A DNA stretch of 63,901 nt, counting the filler, from Choristocarpus tenellus KU-1152 (taxonomy: Eukaryota; Protista; Phaeophyceae): the NCBI GenBank assembly GCA_964200185.2. It is 11 parts of 11 records of this genome, joined end to end, with 100 filler letters (N's around TTAATTAATTAA, not from the genome) between each part and the next. Parts side by side here need not be neighbours in the genome. Positions count along the whole stretch, not along the records: positions 24,192 to 30,160 come from CAXNAD020009290.1; positions 30,261 to 35,585 come from CAXNAD020011155.1; positions 35,686 to 41,719 come from CAXNAD020009108.1; 8 more parts are not named here. One strand, written 5' to 3'. The notes beneath the pieces are model-generated. The model made no database searches. It was not told the DNA's origin and saw nothing but the letters and a program-made list of their open reading frames with translations. The translations under genes were made by a program, and so were the position numbers. This document shows, in pieces, positions 25,163-38,900 of the stretch (positions are counted from its first letter, which is position 1; each line of letters begins with the position of its first letter).

Positions 25163-28100
25163 GTTCCTTTTACCCTGGTCACCGACGATTCTGCTGCAAG
25201 CGCTGGAAATTTACGAGCATTTGCTTGGGGGGAGGGGGGAGACCATGACTCTATGGGTGAACAGGATCTTCCATCGGAGTACAAGGGCGAGGCTATTGCT
25301 AGCATGGGTGTCTTGGCTCTCAAGAAATGTGCTCGTGAGGTGTGTGGAGGGTAGGAAGGGGTGGGGAGGGGTTGTGGGGGGGAACTGTTTTTGAATTTTT
25401 GTTGCAGGTAGGTCAGGGAGAGTAGTTTTGTTCAAATGTCTGCTGCTGCTGAGTGTATGATGAAAGCTAGACTGAATACCACTATTGATGGTGTGTGCTC
25501 TGAGACACGTAGTGTAGGAAAAGCAAAAATACCAGAAATTTCTGAGTTTTTTTTTATGAATCTCTTTTTCTTTTTTTTTCTGTCCATGAGGCACAGTTCA
25601 CATCAACTGTTTTTCATGGCAAAGATGGATTTTTTTTTCAAACAAAATCGTTGCTCCTCCCACCCCTGGCCTCACTTTTGTTTCCCCCTTCCTTCCCATC
25701 TTGGGTGATTTTAGCTTGGGGTTTCCATGTTGGGCTTGAAGGCGGAGCTACGTGCTCGAGTCAAAGAGGAGCTTAGGAGGCAAGTTAAAGAATCCATGGC
25801 TCAAGGAGAGGGGGTGAACCCTCTGCTTGATGTCAACACCCATGATCCTGAGTTGACAGTATCTGCAGGGGAAAGGGGAGGTTTTAGTGTCAGGGAACAA
25901 GAACAGGGGGCAGATGAGCAAGAAGGTGCAGATGAAGGTGCAGATGAGCAAGAAGGTGCCGGTGAGCAGGAAGGTGAAGATGGGAGGGGGGAGGGAAGTC
26001 AAACCTCTGAACAGCAAACTGAGGTGACAGTTTTAGGGATAACAGGAACAATGGTGGAAGGGGGAGCAGGCACTGGAGTAGTATCAGCGACAGCCGAGGC
26101 AAAGGGTGACATTGTGAGGGGGGAAGATGTCCAAGAGGAAACTGCTATTGCTATGAAGAGATCATCCGAGATGGAGAATGACGTGGCTACTGGGCCGTGT
26201 GGAGTTGTAGTGGAAGGTGGGACAGAGGAGGACACATTTTGTGAGGTGAGGGGGTGGGGGGGAGGGAAGAGGTGGGGAGGATGAAGGGGATGCTTTGCTG
26301 TTGGTGACTGGGCTGTGATGTGTGTGTGTGTGTGTGTGTGTGTGTATAAGCATGGTACATTGAAAAGTATGGGCAAGGCAGTCCCTACTTCGGCACTACT
26401 ACTGCAGAAGGTGTCAGCTGGGAACAATGGATCTTCTACACTCATTGTCCTTGGAATCATGATGCCTCCCAATGATGTGAAAACTGCTAAAATACTAGTA
26501 CTATTTCTTGGTATGTTCTGGTGTGGGCATAAATGGGCCGGAGCATGATGGAGGCAGTGCTTTGTTAGTGATGATATTTAGTATTTAATAGTAGCAACGG
26601 ATGTGATATTGTTCCGTCAATGTGGTGTAATATTTACTGAGTAAGTTGTACTTTTATACCTTGAAGATGCATCTTGAATATTTTGCACACATCATACCTC
26701 CCCTTCCGCCGACCCTCTTCTGCAATGGCTTGCATTAACCAGCAGACCCTGGTGCCGTCCATAACCCCTGTCTCTTCCTTACAGTCTTCGTCCAAGGTGG
26801 ATGAGCCAGTAGTGCCTGTTTGTGAAGGATCTAGTGGTGAATTGACGGAGGAGGAAAAGAAGTTGGAGAGCTCAAGGGGAGTGGATCAGGGTGAGTAGGT
26901 ACACCATTTGGTAGGCGTATGTTCTGCTGTTTTTCAAGTATTGATACTTTTGCAGTATAAAATAGTCCAGGAAACTACCATAACTGCAGTCTGACCAGAC
27001 ATGTTGAAACAGTTGATTGACATGGATTGGCATTGTCGAAATGTAATGGTACTAGCTCGGACTGCGACCTGATCATGTTGAAATGTTGACAACCATGGAC
27101 CGACCCTGTAAGAACATGTTGGTACCAGGCTGGACTGCGACCTGATCATGTTGAAATGTTGACAATCATGGACCGGCCCTGTAAGAACATGTTGGTACCA
27201 GGCTGGACTGCAGCCTGGTCATGTTGAAATGTTTAGAACCATGGACCGGCCCTGTAAGAACATGTTGGTACCAGGCTGGACTGCAGCCTGGTCATGTTGA
27301 AATGTCTAGAACCATGGACCGACTCTATCAGAACATGTTAGTACCAGGCCGGACCGTGGCCCGGTCATGTTGACATGTTGATGACCATGGACCGACCCTG
27401 TCGGAACATGTTGGTACCAGGCCAGACTGCAGCTTGATCATGTTGAAGTGTTGATTTCCACAATATGGACTAGCCCTGGTACATTGTATTGGTACCGGGC
27501 CAGTCGTGTTGAAATAGTTGATGGTAATATATTCGAGAGTACTTTTCACCTGTCTGGCTTGGTGAAAATGAGTCAGGCACACCTGGTCAAAAATATCCCA
27601 ATTTGTCCCAAATACATGTGGGAATGCCCGCTTTAAAAAATAAATATATATATATATATTCGTTTAGTCACCATCTTTGCAATAAGAACAAAATAACGGC
27701 TTGGTTGTCCCTAAACTCCTTAGATGTTGATATAGCTGCAGGCCAACCTCGGACCGTTCAGGGTACAATCTCAGACGGATCTGGTCCAGATTTTTCAGAA
27801 AATATTGGAACTTGTCCAGTCCGTGGTTCGGTGCACCGAACCTGTCCAGTCTGTGGACCGGACACAGACCGGACAGGTTCCAATACTTGGAGGACCTGGT
27901 CTTAATATAAAAACCCCCCCGTTGAAACCAGTCCAGACCATGGACCGGTCCCCTCGCATTTGCTGGGACTGATGAAAGTACCTCCTTTTGTTTTTGTTAT
28001 GACCTACTTTAGTCCATCAAGCTACCACTTACCAAGACTCTGGACTCCGCTAAGGGGTACAAACCATATAGAACCGAGTGGTTCCTATACATGCATCCGC

Positions 28101-29796
28101 CAGTCTATCAGAGCTTTTTCCAGCACCAACCCTTGTCCTTGTCTTCATGCACACTTACGCTGACGACTAAAAAAAAAAAAAATCGTTTAAAATATCTTCA
28201 GAAAAAAAAATGATGAACCTGCGGATTGGACCGGCTCTGACAACCTCTAGGCCGTTGATGTAATGTGGGTCTCCTCTCTACAACAGCGCCTCTAGTTTTC
28301 ACGTCACGAATACCAACTGTCGATATCGTGCACGCCTTCCATGTGATCCGTTGGCTCCGCCTGCGTAAGCTCTAACCGGCTCTACACTTGTACAGCAGCT
28401 GTTGATCTTTGATCTCGTGCGTCTCCTCACCGGCTCGCTCTTTTTTGTTCTTCTCGTAGTATTACTCTGTTAAGTGTTAGTGTTATATAGTGTGATCTGA
28501 AGTTTAGCTTTTTGTTTTGTTTTGTTGTTGTTGCGTTCATCATGCACCTTGCATGCCCAAGCTGGAAGGCGTTCGCACGATGCAGAAGGTGATAAGAGAG
28601 CAAGGAAAGAGCAGCAAAGTCCCAATGCCCTCAGTTGCAAGATACTCGGTGCCATATATCGTATAGAACAAGGGGGGTATTCACCACCTAACTCCAACGC
28701 CACTTACATTGATTCTCTCTATCCCCTGCATGCCATGGACCCACTATTGTAACACGTGGTCCTATACTCACACCTCTTTCCCCTCCATTGTGCTGTGAGC
28801 GGACTGACCGCTCTCGGAGGGGCCGCTTAGTTTTTTTTTTGTGTGCATACTTATGTTGATATAAGTATGCAACGAGGTATGTTGTTTTGGAGGATGTATA
28901 CACGCATGAGTATGTTGATGTAGGTCATGTGGGTAACCATCGGTTCGGGCAAAGGGGTAGTGAGTGGCCTTGTTTTCTTGAAAGTTGTCATACTGTGGGT
29001 TTTTGTTCAACATGAATTTTAAAAAAGAAATCATAAACCGCAGTTGGAGGCAAGAGTGGGTGTGAATGATGAGTGCTCAGCTCAGGTTAATAGATGACCT
29101 CGCAGGGCGCAACATTTTGCCAACCTAGTTTGCAAGCACTCTAATAACGTACACATCAAGAATGGTTGTCAAAGTTTCCCCAACCTCTGTAAGTGGAACA
29201 GCTTGCACCCCTATCAAGGCATTGATATGCTCAGTTGGCAGCAACGCTCCCCCTCTTGTTCCCCCTCCCCCTCACCCCCATCATTTGTAATTTGCTTATT
29301 GCCTTACTTAGAGGAGGAGGATGGGGTTTCAACCACAGTTTCAGGGCTGTCTCTTCCCTCCATGGATCTGGTGCAGGGTCAAGAGGAGATGTTGGAGGAT
29401 GGAGTAAGGGCAGGGGCAGGGGCAGGGGCAGGGACAGGGGCAGGTGCACCAGAAAAAGGTATACCTCCTGGGGAACAGGAGGATCCAGTTGCAGAGGTGG
29501 GAGAGGCTAATGTTGATGTATCTGGTGTTGGAGATGTCGGGGGGACTGGAGTGGAGATCACCTCTGGATCTTGTGGAGGGGTAGGGGATGAGGAAGCTGT
29601 TCACACTTCTACAGAGGGCGGGACAGAGGTTTCCAGGACCTTGGGAGGGAACGGGGTGAAGGAGGAGGAAGAGGCGTGCTTGGTTGGGATGGGTTGTGGG
29701 AGTGAGACCTCTAGGGTTTCAAGCAAGGAGGCGGAGATAGTGGAGGATGATGATCTGAGTGCTGAGATTTTGCAGGAGAAGCTGGTGGAGGTGATG
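25163..29796 (+). CDS. Partial gene: SAP-like domain followed by a long acidic Gly/Glu-rich region
   Basis: Phase-compatible GT-AG exons 25163-25339, 25715-26245, 26785-26890 and 29312-29796. The spliced IASMGVLALKKCARE|LGVSMLGLKAELRARVKEEL fits the SAP pattern. Both ends are missing. Confidence 0.65.
26990..27520 (+). repeat. 73-bp minisatellite, about 6-7 units, intronic
   Basis: Unit starts at 27059, 27132, 27205, 27278, 27351 and 27424, with degenerate units at both edges. Confidence 0.92.
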
Positions 29797-30260
29797 GTGA
29801 GTAGGAGCTACTACCCGAAGTGTATTTAGTTGGTTTGCTAAGGTGAACTCCTGTGTGTGTGTGTGTGTGTGTACTTCGTATGTTTTTTTACATTTTTTTT
29901 TGTGTCGAGGGTCTTTGTGCGCCCGAACTGCCTGCTACCGTTGACTACACATCTGTTGTGTGATTGACGACGCTCTTCAAAAAAAAAAAAGCATTACGCT
30001 TTGAGGCGTTTTGTTTATCGCCTAGGAAAGGAGTATGAAATCCCACCAAATTATACCACCTGCTCGTCTCAACACACAGTGTTGGCAGTGAGCGAACTTG
30101 AGAATACACCCTTTGCCTCGATGAGACAAGACGTTACTACTTACCCCTGCCCCCCCCAGANNNNNNNNNNNNNNNNNNNNNNNNNNNNNNNNNNNNNNNN
30201 NNNNTTAATTAATTAANNNNNNNNNNNNNNNNNNNNNNNNNNNNNNNNNNNNNNNNNNNN

Positions 30261-30284
30261 ACCCCCCCCCAGATACTTTGACTC
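30261..30284 (+). mobile_element. MITE family A terminus at contig start
   Basis: C-tract + AGATACTTTGACTC. Confidence 0.7.
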
Positions 30285-31487
30285 AGAAAGGTAGGGAGAG
30301 TCAAAGGAAATGAGAGGCAGGCAGGGTTATAGTGCAAGGATCTCGAGAAAGGGAAAAAATAGGCCATTTTGTGAAATTCCAGTAAGAAAGCTTGCTTAAT
30401 TGTGGTGTTCCTTTATGTGTGGAAAGGGAGAATACCAATGTTGCGTACAATGTTGGGCATATATAGCAATGAAATAGAGTATATTGCTCCATACCTCCCT
30501 TCCCCTCAATTGGTTTGGCTCGAAATGGATATAAACATAAGCAGGATGTTAGTAATAGGTACTAGCACACACATGAACATTATCAGTGGAGCTACAGATA
30601 CAGTGTGGAGTAGCTAATCAAATATTTAATGGCAAAGCACCAGTGGTACTGAGTGATAAGGAAATGTATCGTAAATACATCTTCCTATCCCATCTGTATT
30701 ATTCTATTCTGTATTGCAGTGGTGGATATACGAGAGTAAGTGGATCAATACGTACGTGTGGAATAGGTGGTCAGTCATTGGTTCACCCTTGGTCTTGATA
30801 GTTCAGTCTAGTATACAGACCAGACATCGATGCTGGTGTACATACTCCCAAACTAATATGTTATCAAACGAAGCATGCTCATGTGACACATCATCTTCAC
30901 ACAGGGATTGTTGAACATAGGATGCCACCACAAGTATCTCAATCATTCAAGCTTCCCGCAAAAATCCCTGTCTTCTTTGTTTCAGAAGTACTTCCAGTAG
31001 TAATGCTGCTGGTAGTAGTGGGTCAAGTGGTAGTATGTACAACAGAGGCCATTTGAGGTTATCAAGCATGCTCCTCCTTCTCCTTGACTTCCCGTGTGTT
31101 ATTGAAGACTTTCAAATGTCTGACAGTATTAGCATTTCGCAGAGTTTATCGTAAGTTACAACCTTTCCTTAGGTCCACTCCTAGCTTGTGCCAAGCTTAA
31201 TCTTCCGTTGTGATTTACGTGCCTTCTTATTTCCATCATCTTGGAATTTCTTTTCCTTTCCTTCTCTGTCCTCTAATTGGGTATGAGGGTTACCTGGTCT
31301 GGAGTGAAGGGCTCACCAACATACTGTTGGAATGTGTACTGCATGAGTTTGGAGCACATCCCCTGGTTGTTAGGGCTTAGCCAATCCATTTCCAACTCAC
31401 ATCCTCATACATCAAAAACTGTCGGCGGTGGTGCTAAGTTAATGATGCGACCAACCATAAAGTGGTAGCTAGCTGCAAGGAGGAACA

Positions 31488-31746
31488 GTGCAAAAATATC
31501 TTAGAGGGTACGATTTTTGCCCTGTTTGTCCGTTTGGGGCTTGGCTTCCCATGGGTTATTTATGACATCTTACGTACTCCGAAACATTTTGGAGTAGGTA
31601 AAATGTATGCGTTATGAAAAGGTGTGTCCGAAACAAGGATAATGACACTTCCTAACAAACACGATAGACAAAAATACATCAAAATCGCAACATTGGATTT
31701 TGGTCCCCGAGTGGACGTGGCTCTACTCTCTAAGACACTTTGACTG
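31488..31746 (-). mobile_element. MITE family B copy
   Basis: Both TIRs recognisable; TSD not clean. Confidence 0.85.
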
Positions 31747-31979
31747 AACTCATACATGTTACTCTGGCACTTGACAGCAACCAAATTTTGCACATGTTTG
31801 TCAGCATCCGCAAAATTAAACTCTGGTTACCTCTTGTTTACTATTACTCTGTGTCGAATCAAACCCTAACATCCAAGCTTGATGACGAGCCTCATACCTT
31901 GGAGCTTTCAATAGGGAGGGTCTGTGCTGGGGGAGGAAGAGGAGAGGTAGCTCCACCAGGTCGTAGCCACTGTGCTCCA

Positions 31980-32241
31980 GAGCTGAAGTATCTTAGAGGG
32001 TAGGGCCGCGTCCATCTGGGGGTCAAAATACAATGTTACGATTTTGATGTATTTCTGGCTATCGTGTTTATTAGGAAGTGTCAATATCTATGTTTCGGAC
32101 ACACCTTTCCATAACGTATACATTTTGCCTACTCCTAAACATTTTGGAGTAGGCAAAATGTCATGTAAAAAAAACAATGGGAAGGCAAGCCCCAAATGTA
32201 CAAACAAGGCAAAATTCGTACCCTCTAAGATAGTTTCACTT
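31980..32241 (+). mobile_element. MITE family B copy
   Basis: Both TIRs recognisable; inverted relative to 31488-31746. Confidence 0.85.
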
Positions 32242-33149
32242 TCCAGGAGGAAACGAAATGTGGGGCGTACCTGGAATATCCCAGGGGAATGATGCTGAGG
32301 GCAAAAGAGAAGGAGGACATCCGCCAGTAAGTAAGCAAAGTGCTTCAGCAGCAACAGGAGGAAAGGCACAGGGAGGGGCTGTGTGGACTGTGCCTGGGGA
32401 AGAGAGGAAAATAATTTTCACCAGCTCACGACCTTTGTGCTCCAGCACCACCAGGAGGAAAGGGGAAGTAGGGGATGGTTGTGCCTAGGTGCCAGGTGTG
32501 CAGTGTGCCACAAGGGGTCTCTGCCTGCCTGTGCAGAAGCAATTGACGTACTATGTAGAAGCTAAATATGCAGGTGAAATTGTGAGGTCCTTGCATAAGA
32601 TTGACCTTCGAAGTGGCTGGCAGGTAGTCCAAATTAATAGTGGAAGCATCACATGCCAGGACCATTCCAGACACCACAAAAATCATACTTCCAAGGCCAA
32701 CTGTTACAGGCGCCCCTCAGAACTCACCTCCACAGGATGTACAAGTCGAACCCAACGACCTTAAAACGACGCTATGGGGGTGTTGCCCTTTACAACAGTT
32801 TGTAGGGTGTCAAATGTCCTTCTCTTCTTGATGTTCCACTCAGTGCTTAACTCAAAGCTCGACTCAATGTTTCGTTCAAGATAAAAAGTAAGGACTAGTG
32901 CATAAGTGGGGTGATGGATTGATCAAAAGCCCTCTTATTATTTTCATCATCCACCCAATTTCTTTGGTCTTCTATCAACTGCTCTATAGGTACTCCAATC
33001 ATATACCTTTATTCTGAAACTTAGTAACTTTGACATTTTTTTCTGTAATGTTACGTAGGTATTCCGAATCTTACTCTGCATCTTTTACGAAATCATCTTT
33101 TATTCTGTAAGGCTACCTATGTGTTGCTAGTATCGTATATAGTTCATAC

Positions 33150-33308
33150 TTGTTAGAACGCGAGAAACAATCCTCACACTATATGTCTGTCACAAATGTT
33201 CATATTTCCTAAAACATGAGGAGAAAATGGTTGCGATATTTGCGTGTAACAAATGCTCGCACTTCGTTGGAACACAAGAAGAAACGCTCGCGCTATTCGC
33301 CTGTAACA
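33150..33308 (-). mobile_element. LTR-like fragment(s) related to 42293-42669
   Basis: Minus strand begins TGTTACAGGCGAATAGCGCGAG..., closely matching the start of the 42293 element. Confidence 0.5.
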
Positions 33309-34991
33309 CAACCACCTTTATTCAGCACAATGGTCCGACCACGAGCAGAAGGGAATCCTGAAGCATGACAATCACTACGAGTGTCCACCACTTTGCATCT
33401 AGTGATAGATACTATATCAAGGCAGGGTCAATCAACCTACCAATTTGATATGATTTCACCACAAGTATTCTACTTGAGGATTGAATCGATCTTACGGAGG
33501 TAGAGAAGTTTTGTCTTTTCATTCATTCAAAACATCCTACTAGAAACACAATTCTCTCACTTTTGCTTTGTTCCTGTGAGTTACTTCACCTACCCATTTA
33601 TTGTTTGTTTTTTCAATTTCGAGATAAGACAGGAAGAGTTTCATCGGTTTCTGATAGACATTTTTTGATCGACTATATTGGATCAAGATTTAAAACGACC
33701 AACCTGCTGCCCTTCTGTTTTGTTTCTTGTCGTTTTTAAAGAGGAACATATCATAATGTTGTCTTATTTCCCCCCTCCCCCCATGTGCACTATCCTCGAA
33801 GCACAGGTTATTCGTGTCCAGCACTAAATGAAGTGAAGCATACATCACTGATATTTCTCAGCGATTCATTACATACACTTACCTACTATCAACACGGTGT
33901 GAGAACAATAACATCAACCAAGGCCAGAAAGAAACACATTGGTGCCTGAAATGGTGAGTAATCCTCCAATAGATTGAAAATATGATGTGTCATCTGTCTG
34001 TCTGTTGTTGGAAATCGATAACATGCATGAGACTGTTGAGGAAAGCCCGATGTGGGGTTCAAGGTCTCTACTCAGCAAAAAAATAGGGCGATGACCCTGG
34101 CTTCAATACACAGCTGTTTGTTTCACATCATCCTTTTTTTTCCAACCACAAGGAAAAACCAAAACCAAAATCAAGTTGAAAAAAAAGAAATGCAATCCGT
34201 AGAGCTGTACCTGTTTATTAAATTGCCAATATCAGGGCAAACAGTTGATTCACTCCCATCCTCTCAAGACTGCAACATAACCAAAATTAGAATAACATGC
34301 TCCACAAATTGACCCAAGCACTCACGGGGATGGGGCGAACAGTAGAGGGACATATCTAATCCCAGGTTGAGACACAATGACAGGGTGAAAAAATACAATG
34401 GAATATGTTTCTATTTGTTGCGACCAGGCCAAGCAAGGGATAAACCCACTAAAATATTCTTGGACAAGATTAAGTGATAGAAGACACAAATGCTAACATA
34501 GTCCTCAAGGCTGTTCCTGCTCTAGTCCTTGGAAGTTTCGGTTGTACCCTATCAGTCAAATACTCCCTGATTACTACCAACGTACATTGCAGTGTAACTC
34601 GTTTATCTCTGACCCCCATAACAGCTCTTGCAACTCACTGTCCCCTCCTCCATGTCACGAAATCAAGACATTGTTGTTTCATCCTCTTCCTGATCAAAAC
34701 GAGCCAGCTACACAAATGCGAGAACTGGCGGAAGGTACTTACAGCATTCAGCCATAGCATCATCAAGCTTCCTCCCAAGGTAGCACTATTACTCGGACTA
34801 CTGAAGCTAGGCTGGAGGATATATATCCTGTGTGCTGGAAGCAAATTTCTACACATTCGTCATGTCATACAGGTAGTGCCCTCAGGCAATACCTTCCCAT
34901 ATCTCCTTCATGACCAACGCTAGGCTGGTGGAGTCATCCTGCGAGCAGGCGTCAGGGGTTGTTCACATTCTTCATACCAACCAGCTTATAC

Positions 34992-35585
34992 CTACTTTCC
35001 CCTAGTATCCCCCTCATGACCAAGCATTAAGCTGACAAAGACACCCTGCGCGCATGGATCAAAACTACCTACATTCTCCATGCCATCCGGCATATGCATA
35101 GAGCAGTACTTGAATTTCCTGTGCACCTCACTACTGACGCTAGGCTGGCTGGTGCATTCTGTGTGCTGGCAGCAGTCACTCTTTACATTAATCATGCTAT
35201 CCAGTTTGTGCTCAGGGCAATATATTGCCTTCCTCCTATCCCATTCATTACCGAAGATAGCCTGTTGGATACATCTTGTGTGGTGGCAGCGAGCCCTCTT
35301 CACATTTATCATGCCACCTAGTTTATGCCCAGCGCAGTACGTTGCTTTCATATCCCCCACATGACCAAAGCTAGGAACACGGGGACATCCCGGGTATTGG
35401 CAGTGGGCGCTCCTAATAAGAGTCATGCCATCCAGCTTATGTCCAGAGCAGTACATCACCTTCCTGTTCCCCTCGTTACCAAAGCTAGGCTGACGGAGAC
35501 ACCCTTTATGATGGCAGCGGGCACTCTTTACATCTACCATACCATCCAGTTTATGTTCGGAGCAGTACCTCGCCTTGTGGTCCCC
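34992..35585 (-). CDS. EsV-1-7 cysteine-rich repeat protein, 5' partial
   Basis: About 4.5 tandem repeats of about 38 aa, C.H.GC...PSFG.EG.RKA.YC..HKLDGM..V. The frame is open up to the gap at 35586. Degenerate repeat remnants continue past the stop. Confidence 0.85.
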   Translation of the reverse strand, partial: GDHKARYCSEHKLDGMVDVKSARCHHKGCLRQPSFGNEGNRKVMYCSGHKLDGMTLIRSAHCQYPGCPRVPSFGHVGDMKATYCAGHKLGGMINVKRARCHHTRCIQQAIFGNEWDRRKAIYCPEHKLDSMINVKSDCCQHTECTSQPSVSSEVHRKFKYCSMHMPDGMENVGSFDPCAQGVFVSLMLGHEGDTRGK

Positions 35586-35975
35586 NNNNNNNNNNNNNNN
35601 NNNNNNNNNNNNNNNNNNNNNNNNNNNNNTTAATTAATTAANNNNNNNNNNNNNNNNNNNNNNNNNNNNNNNNNNNNNNNNNNNNTTTCTCTTACTGTGA
35701 ACCTTTCATTATCAGAAGAAGAAACTTGAAATGTGTGGTGATAATATTCTTGTCATCCATGTTCCAAGGAAGGCAAGTTGCATAAATATGTAAGGATACA
35801 ATTTACGACTCAGTGCAGTTGACAAGAAGTTTTAAAGTAGCTTTCCATTGCTAGCTCTACAGTCTTGAGTTGAGAGGTCGTGTGGCACTCTAAGAGTATT
35901 TTCACACCATGTCTTGCCACCATTGGACAGCTCCATTCCTAGACCACCCCCTTTCTTCATTCTCATGGCTTATAG

Positions 35976-38900
35976 GAGCATTCATGTCAGCCAGTGGATG
36001 CTACAAGATGCCCCCAGATGGGTCACGAGAACTGTACGTCCAGTACATTGAGGTGAAACAATACAGTGCCAAATAGCTTGTGTTGGGTGACCCTATCATT
36101 TTGTCAGGCTTACGTAAGCCACTACCATTCCCTTGTATGCATCATGTTTCCAACTTATCTTGTGCTCTCTTCTACATCTTCCAGTCTGATGCACTGCAAT
36201 TTTATCTTGCTATTTTTTCCACTGCTCACTCTCAATGCAACACCTCTGGAATCCCTTCACTGCTCTTTGCCACAGAGTCTCCCTTTGATTGCTCCCCCGG
36301 AGGTGTTTGGGTTGCACGAGAATGCCAGCATCACCAGAGCACAGAAAGACACATCCGATCTGCTGAAGTCGATTCTGCTCACGGAGTCAAGTGGTGGCAG
36401 TTCCGGTGACTCCAACAAGGAAGACACAATAATCACAGTCGCTACGGATATCCTTAACAGAGTGAGAGGCAACCCTTGCATTTTTCGGCGGAGACATGGT
36501 ATTGAAAATATTTAGAGCGAGAAACAGGCCAATCAGTGCTTCCTCTTCTCTTCTCTGGTGGTTGTGTTTATGCTTTAGATATTGTTATTAATGGTGCCTA
36601 GTGAAAAAAAGAACCCGTTGAAAGATCTTGCCTTATGCCAGGCAAGACTATAGACACTTGTGCCGTGTAGAGCAGATGATCCCCGGTCTCGATTTCGGCA
36701 TCACCACAATGATGCGCTCATCAATACAGCAAACTACAGGTCCAAATAATCCAATAAAATGGAAGCAAGTGGAGGTGTATCACTAGTACCCTTGAGAAAC
36801 CTTGGTCGATCTTAACCTTTGTCTTCCTATGCTTGATAGCATGACCCCAGAGTAATTGTGAGTGTGTGCCTCAGTCAACTTGATAAATACTTCAAATGCT
36901 ATGATAGGCAGTGAAGTGCGACTTGGACGGCCTGAGGCTTACTCCTCCTGCAGTGAACAAATCGATAGCATGGAGCAAAAGTCAGGAGTGCTTACATTCT
37001 TGTCTAGGAAGCACTCCTGAATCGTCGATGACTCATTCAGTGGTAATGTTGGACACCGTAGCAAAGATTATGGAAGGTGTGGTGACCATAATTAGTACCA
37101 CAATACTTGAAGTATCACACAGAAAAAACGGAACCACAAATCTCAGTCTTGACAAAGTTTTGTCCTTGGTTCATTTCCAACACATGAGGAACAGACTGTT
37201 CCAAAATCCTCAATACTATTGTGTTGTGAGAGTTGATTAATCAATGCACCCTTCTGTGGTTAAGCAATTCACTGCCAGGCTATTATTGGAAGTATTCTCA
37301 TATCTGCTAGGATCCACCATGAGCCTCACCACCACATTCCCAGAAATTATCCCCCTGACTATATCACAAGAATATCAGAACTGATTGGGTCAGGAAAAGT
37401 CCAGCATAAAACCGTTCTGTTGATTGACTGTAGCATATTGGCCATCCCCTGGGTATACCTATTTTTGGATTGTTAATGTGCTTCAAATGCTGGCGTTAAA
37501 TCGTGACCCATATCTTCATTCGGAATTCATAACAGATTGGAACTGAAACGCCTGTCCTTAAGGCTATCAAACGTGCAAGGAAAAAAATAGAGATGCCCAC
37601 AAAAATGGATACAAAAATGTCTCTTTCGGTAGACCCAGCCTGGGACCATAGCAAGATGGCACAGCCTCAAAAGTACCCCTGCTGTATATGCCACTTACCC
37701 CTTGCATACACTCTGCACCTTTGTTGGGTTGGTCTGCAGGTCCCTGATGAATTTGATATGGAAGCAGCACAGATCAGATATCCAGTCCGATGGGAGGACA
37801 GCATGAACACGGTCTTGTGCCAGGAGCTTCAGCGATTCAATAACCTCACAAGTGCAATACAGTCCTCCTTGGTCAGCATACAAAAGGCTGTCAAGGGGCT
37901 GGTTGTCATGAGCGCTGAGCTCGAGGTGAAGAGTTGGCATGCACACATGTGGAGGGTGTCCACATGTCAACGGTCATTTCCTGCCCTAGAAAGTCCGTGA
38001 GAGTTCATAGAACATGCTGGAATACAAAAGAGGACTGAGCAGTATGCAAAGGATACACACATAGCAGCGGGGAGAATAATGAAATAGACTGACCTAGGAA
38101 ATTATTTGATGATTGTAAAGTAGACAAGCATGAAGAAGTGTACCGTCTCTTGCAGGAGTTGGTATGATGGCAGTTGGTATGATCTGACCAATCAATGTCC
38201 AGTAACTGGAGTGGCATTTGCTGCACATTATATTCCCATTTCAGAGCCTGTAGTGTCCTCATTTGCATATCTAGCTTCTAGATTGCAATAGACCATGTTT
38301 GAAGTACTGCTGGGCTAGCCGGGTACGCCCAATGCTTGATGTGCTTCTGAGGAAATGGAATACTGGCAGGGTGGAAAATAATAGAGCAGTTCAATTATGG
38401 AGGTAGACGTCTCATTTGAAATGGCTAAGGATTAGCTAAGTGGATGGCATCTAGACCTACAGCGTCATGAATCTGAAAGTATTGTCCTACTCCTTGTATG
38501 TTCAGAGTTATAGGTCAGGATACAAGTGGATTGCTTGGCAATCGTTCAGCACAAAAAGGCTGATCTGCATAGTACTCTACCTATTCCTTTGGCTGTGATC
38601 AATATCACTTTTCGATGCTCTCCTTGTTTTTCTCCCTTTCCGTGTGCTATAAAAACACCTTGCATTTCACATATCATGTCAATCGTGTCAGGTTCTTGGA
38701 AACGAACTCTTCTTTGGGAATATTCCAACAATGTGGAGACTCAAGAGCTATCCTTCACGGAAGTCTCTCTCAGGATATGTAGGGGATTTACTTCAGAGGT
38801 TGGAGTTCTTTGGCAGGCAAGAAAATAACAAAACCAGGAAGTTTCACCAAAATGACGGTGATCAAGCATTTTCCCTGACAATGTTTCATCTTTGATTCAA

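Noticed and set aside
26990-27520. 73-bp array as a CRISPR-like locus
   Set aside because: The whole unit is repeated with point changes. There are no unique spacers and no cas genes, and it lies in a eukaryotic intron.
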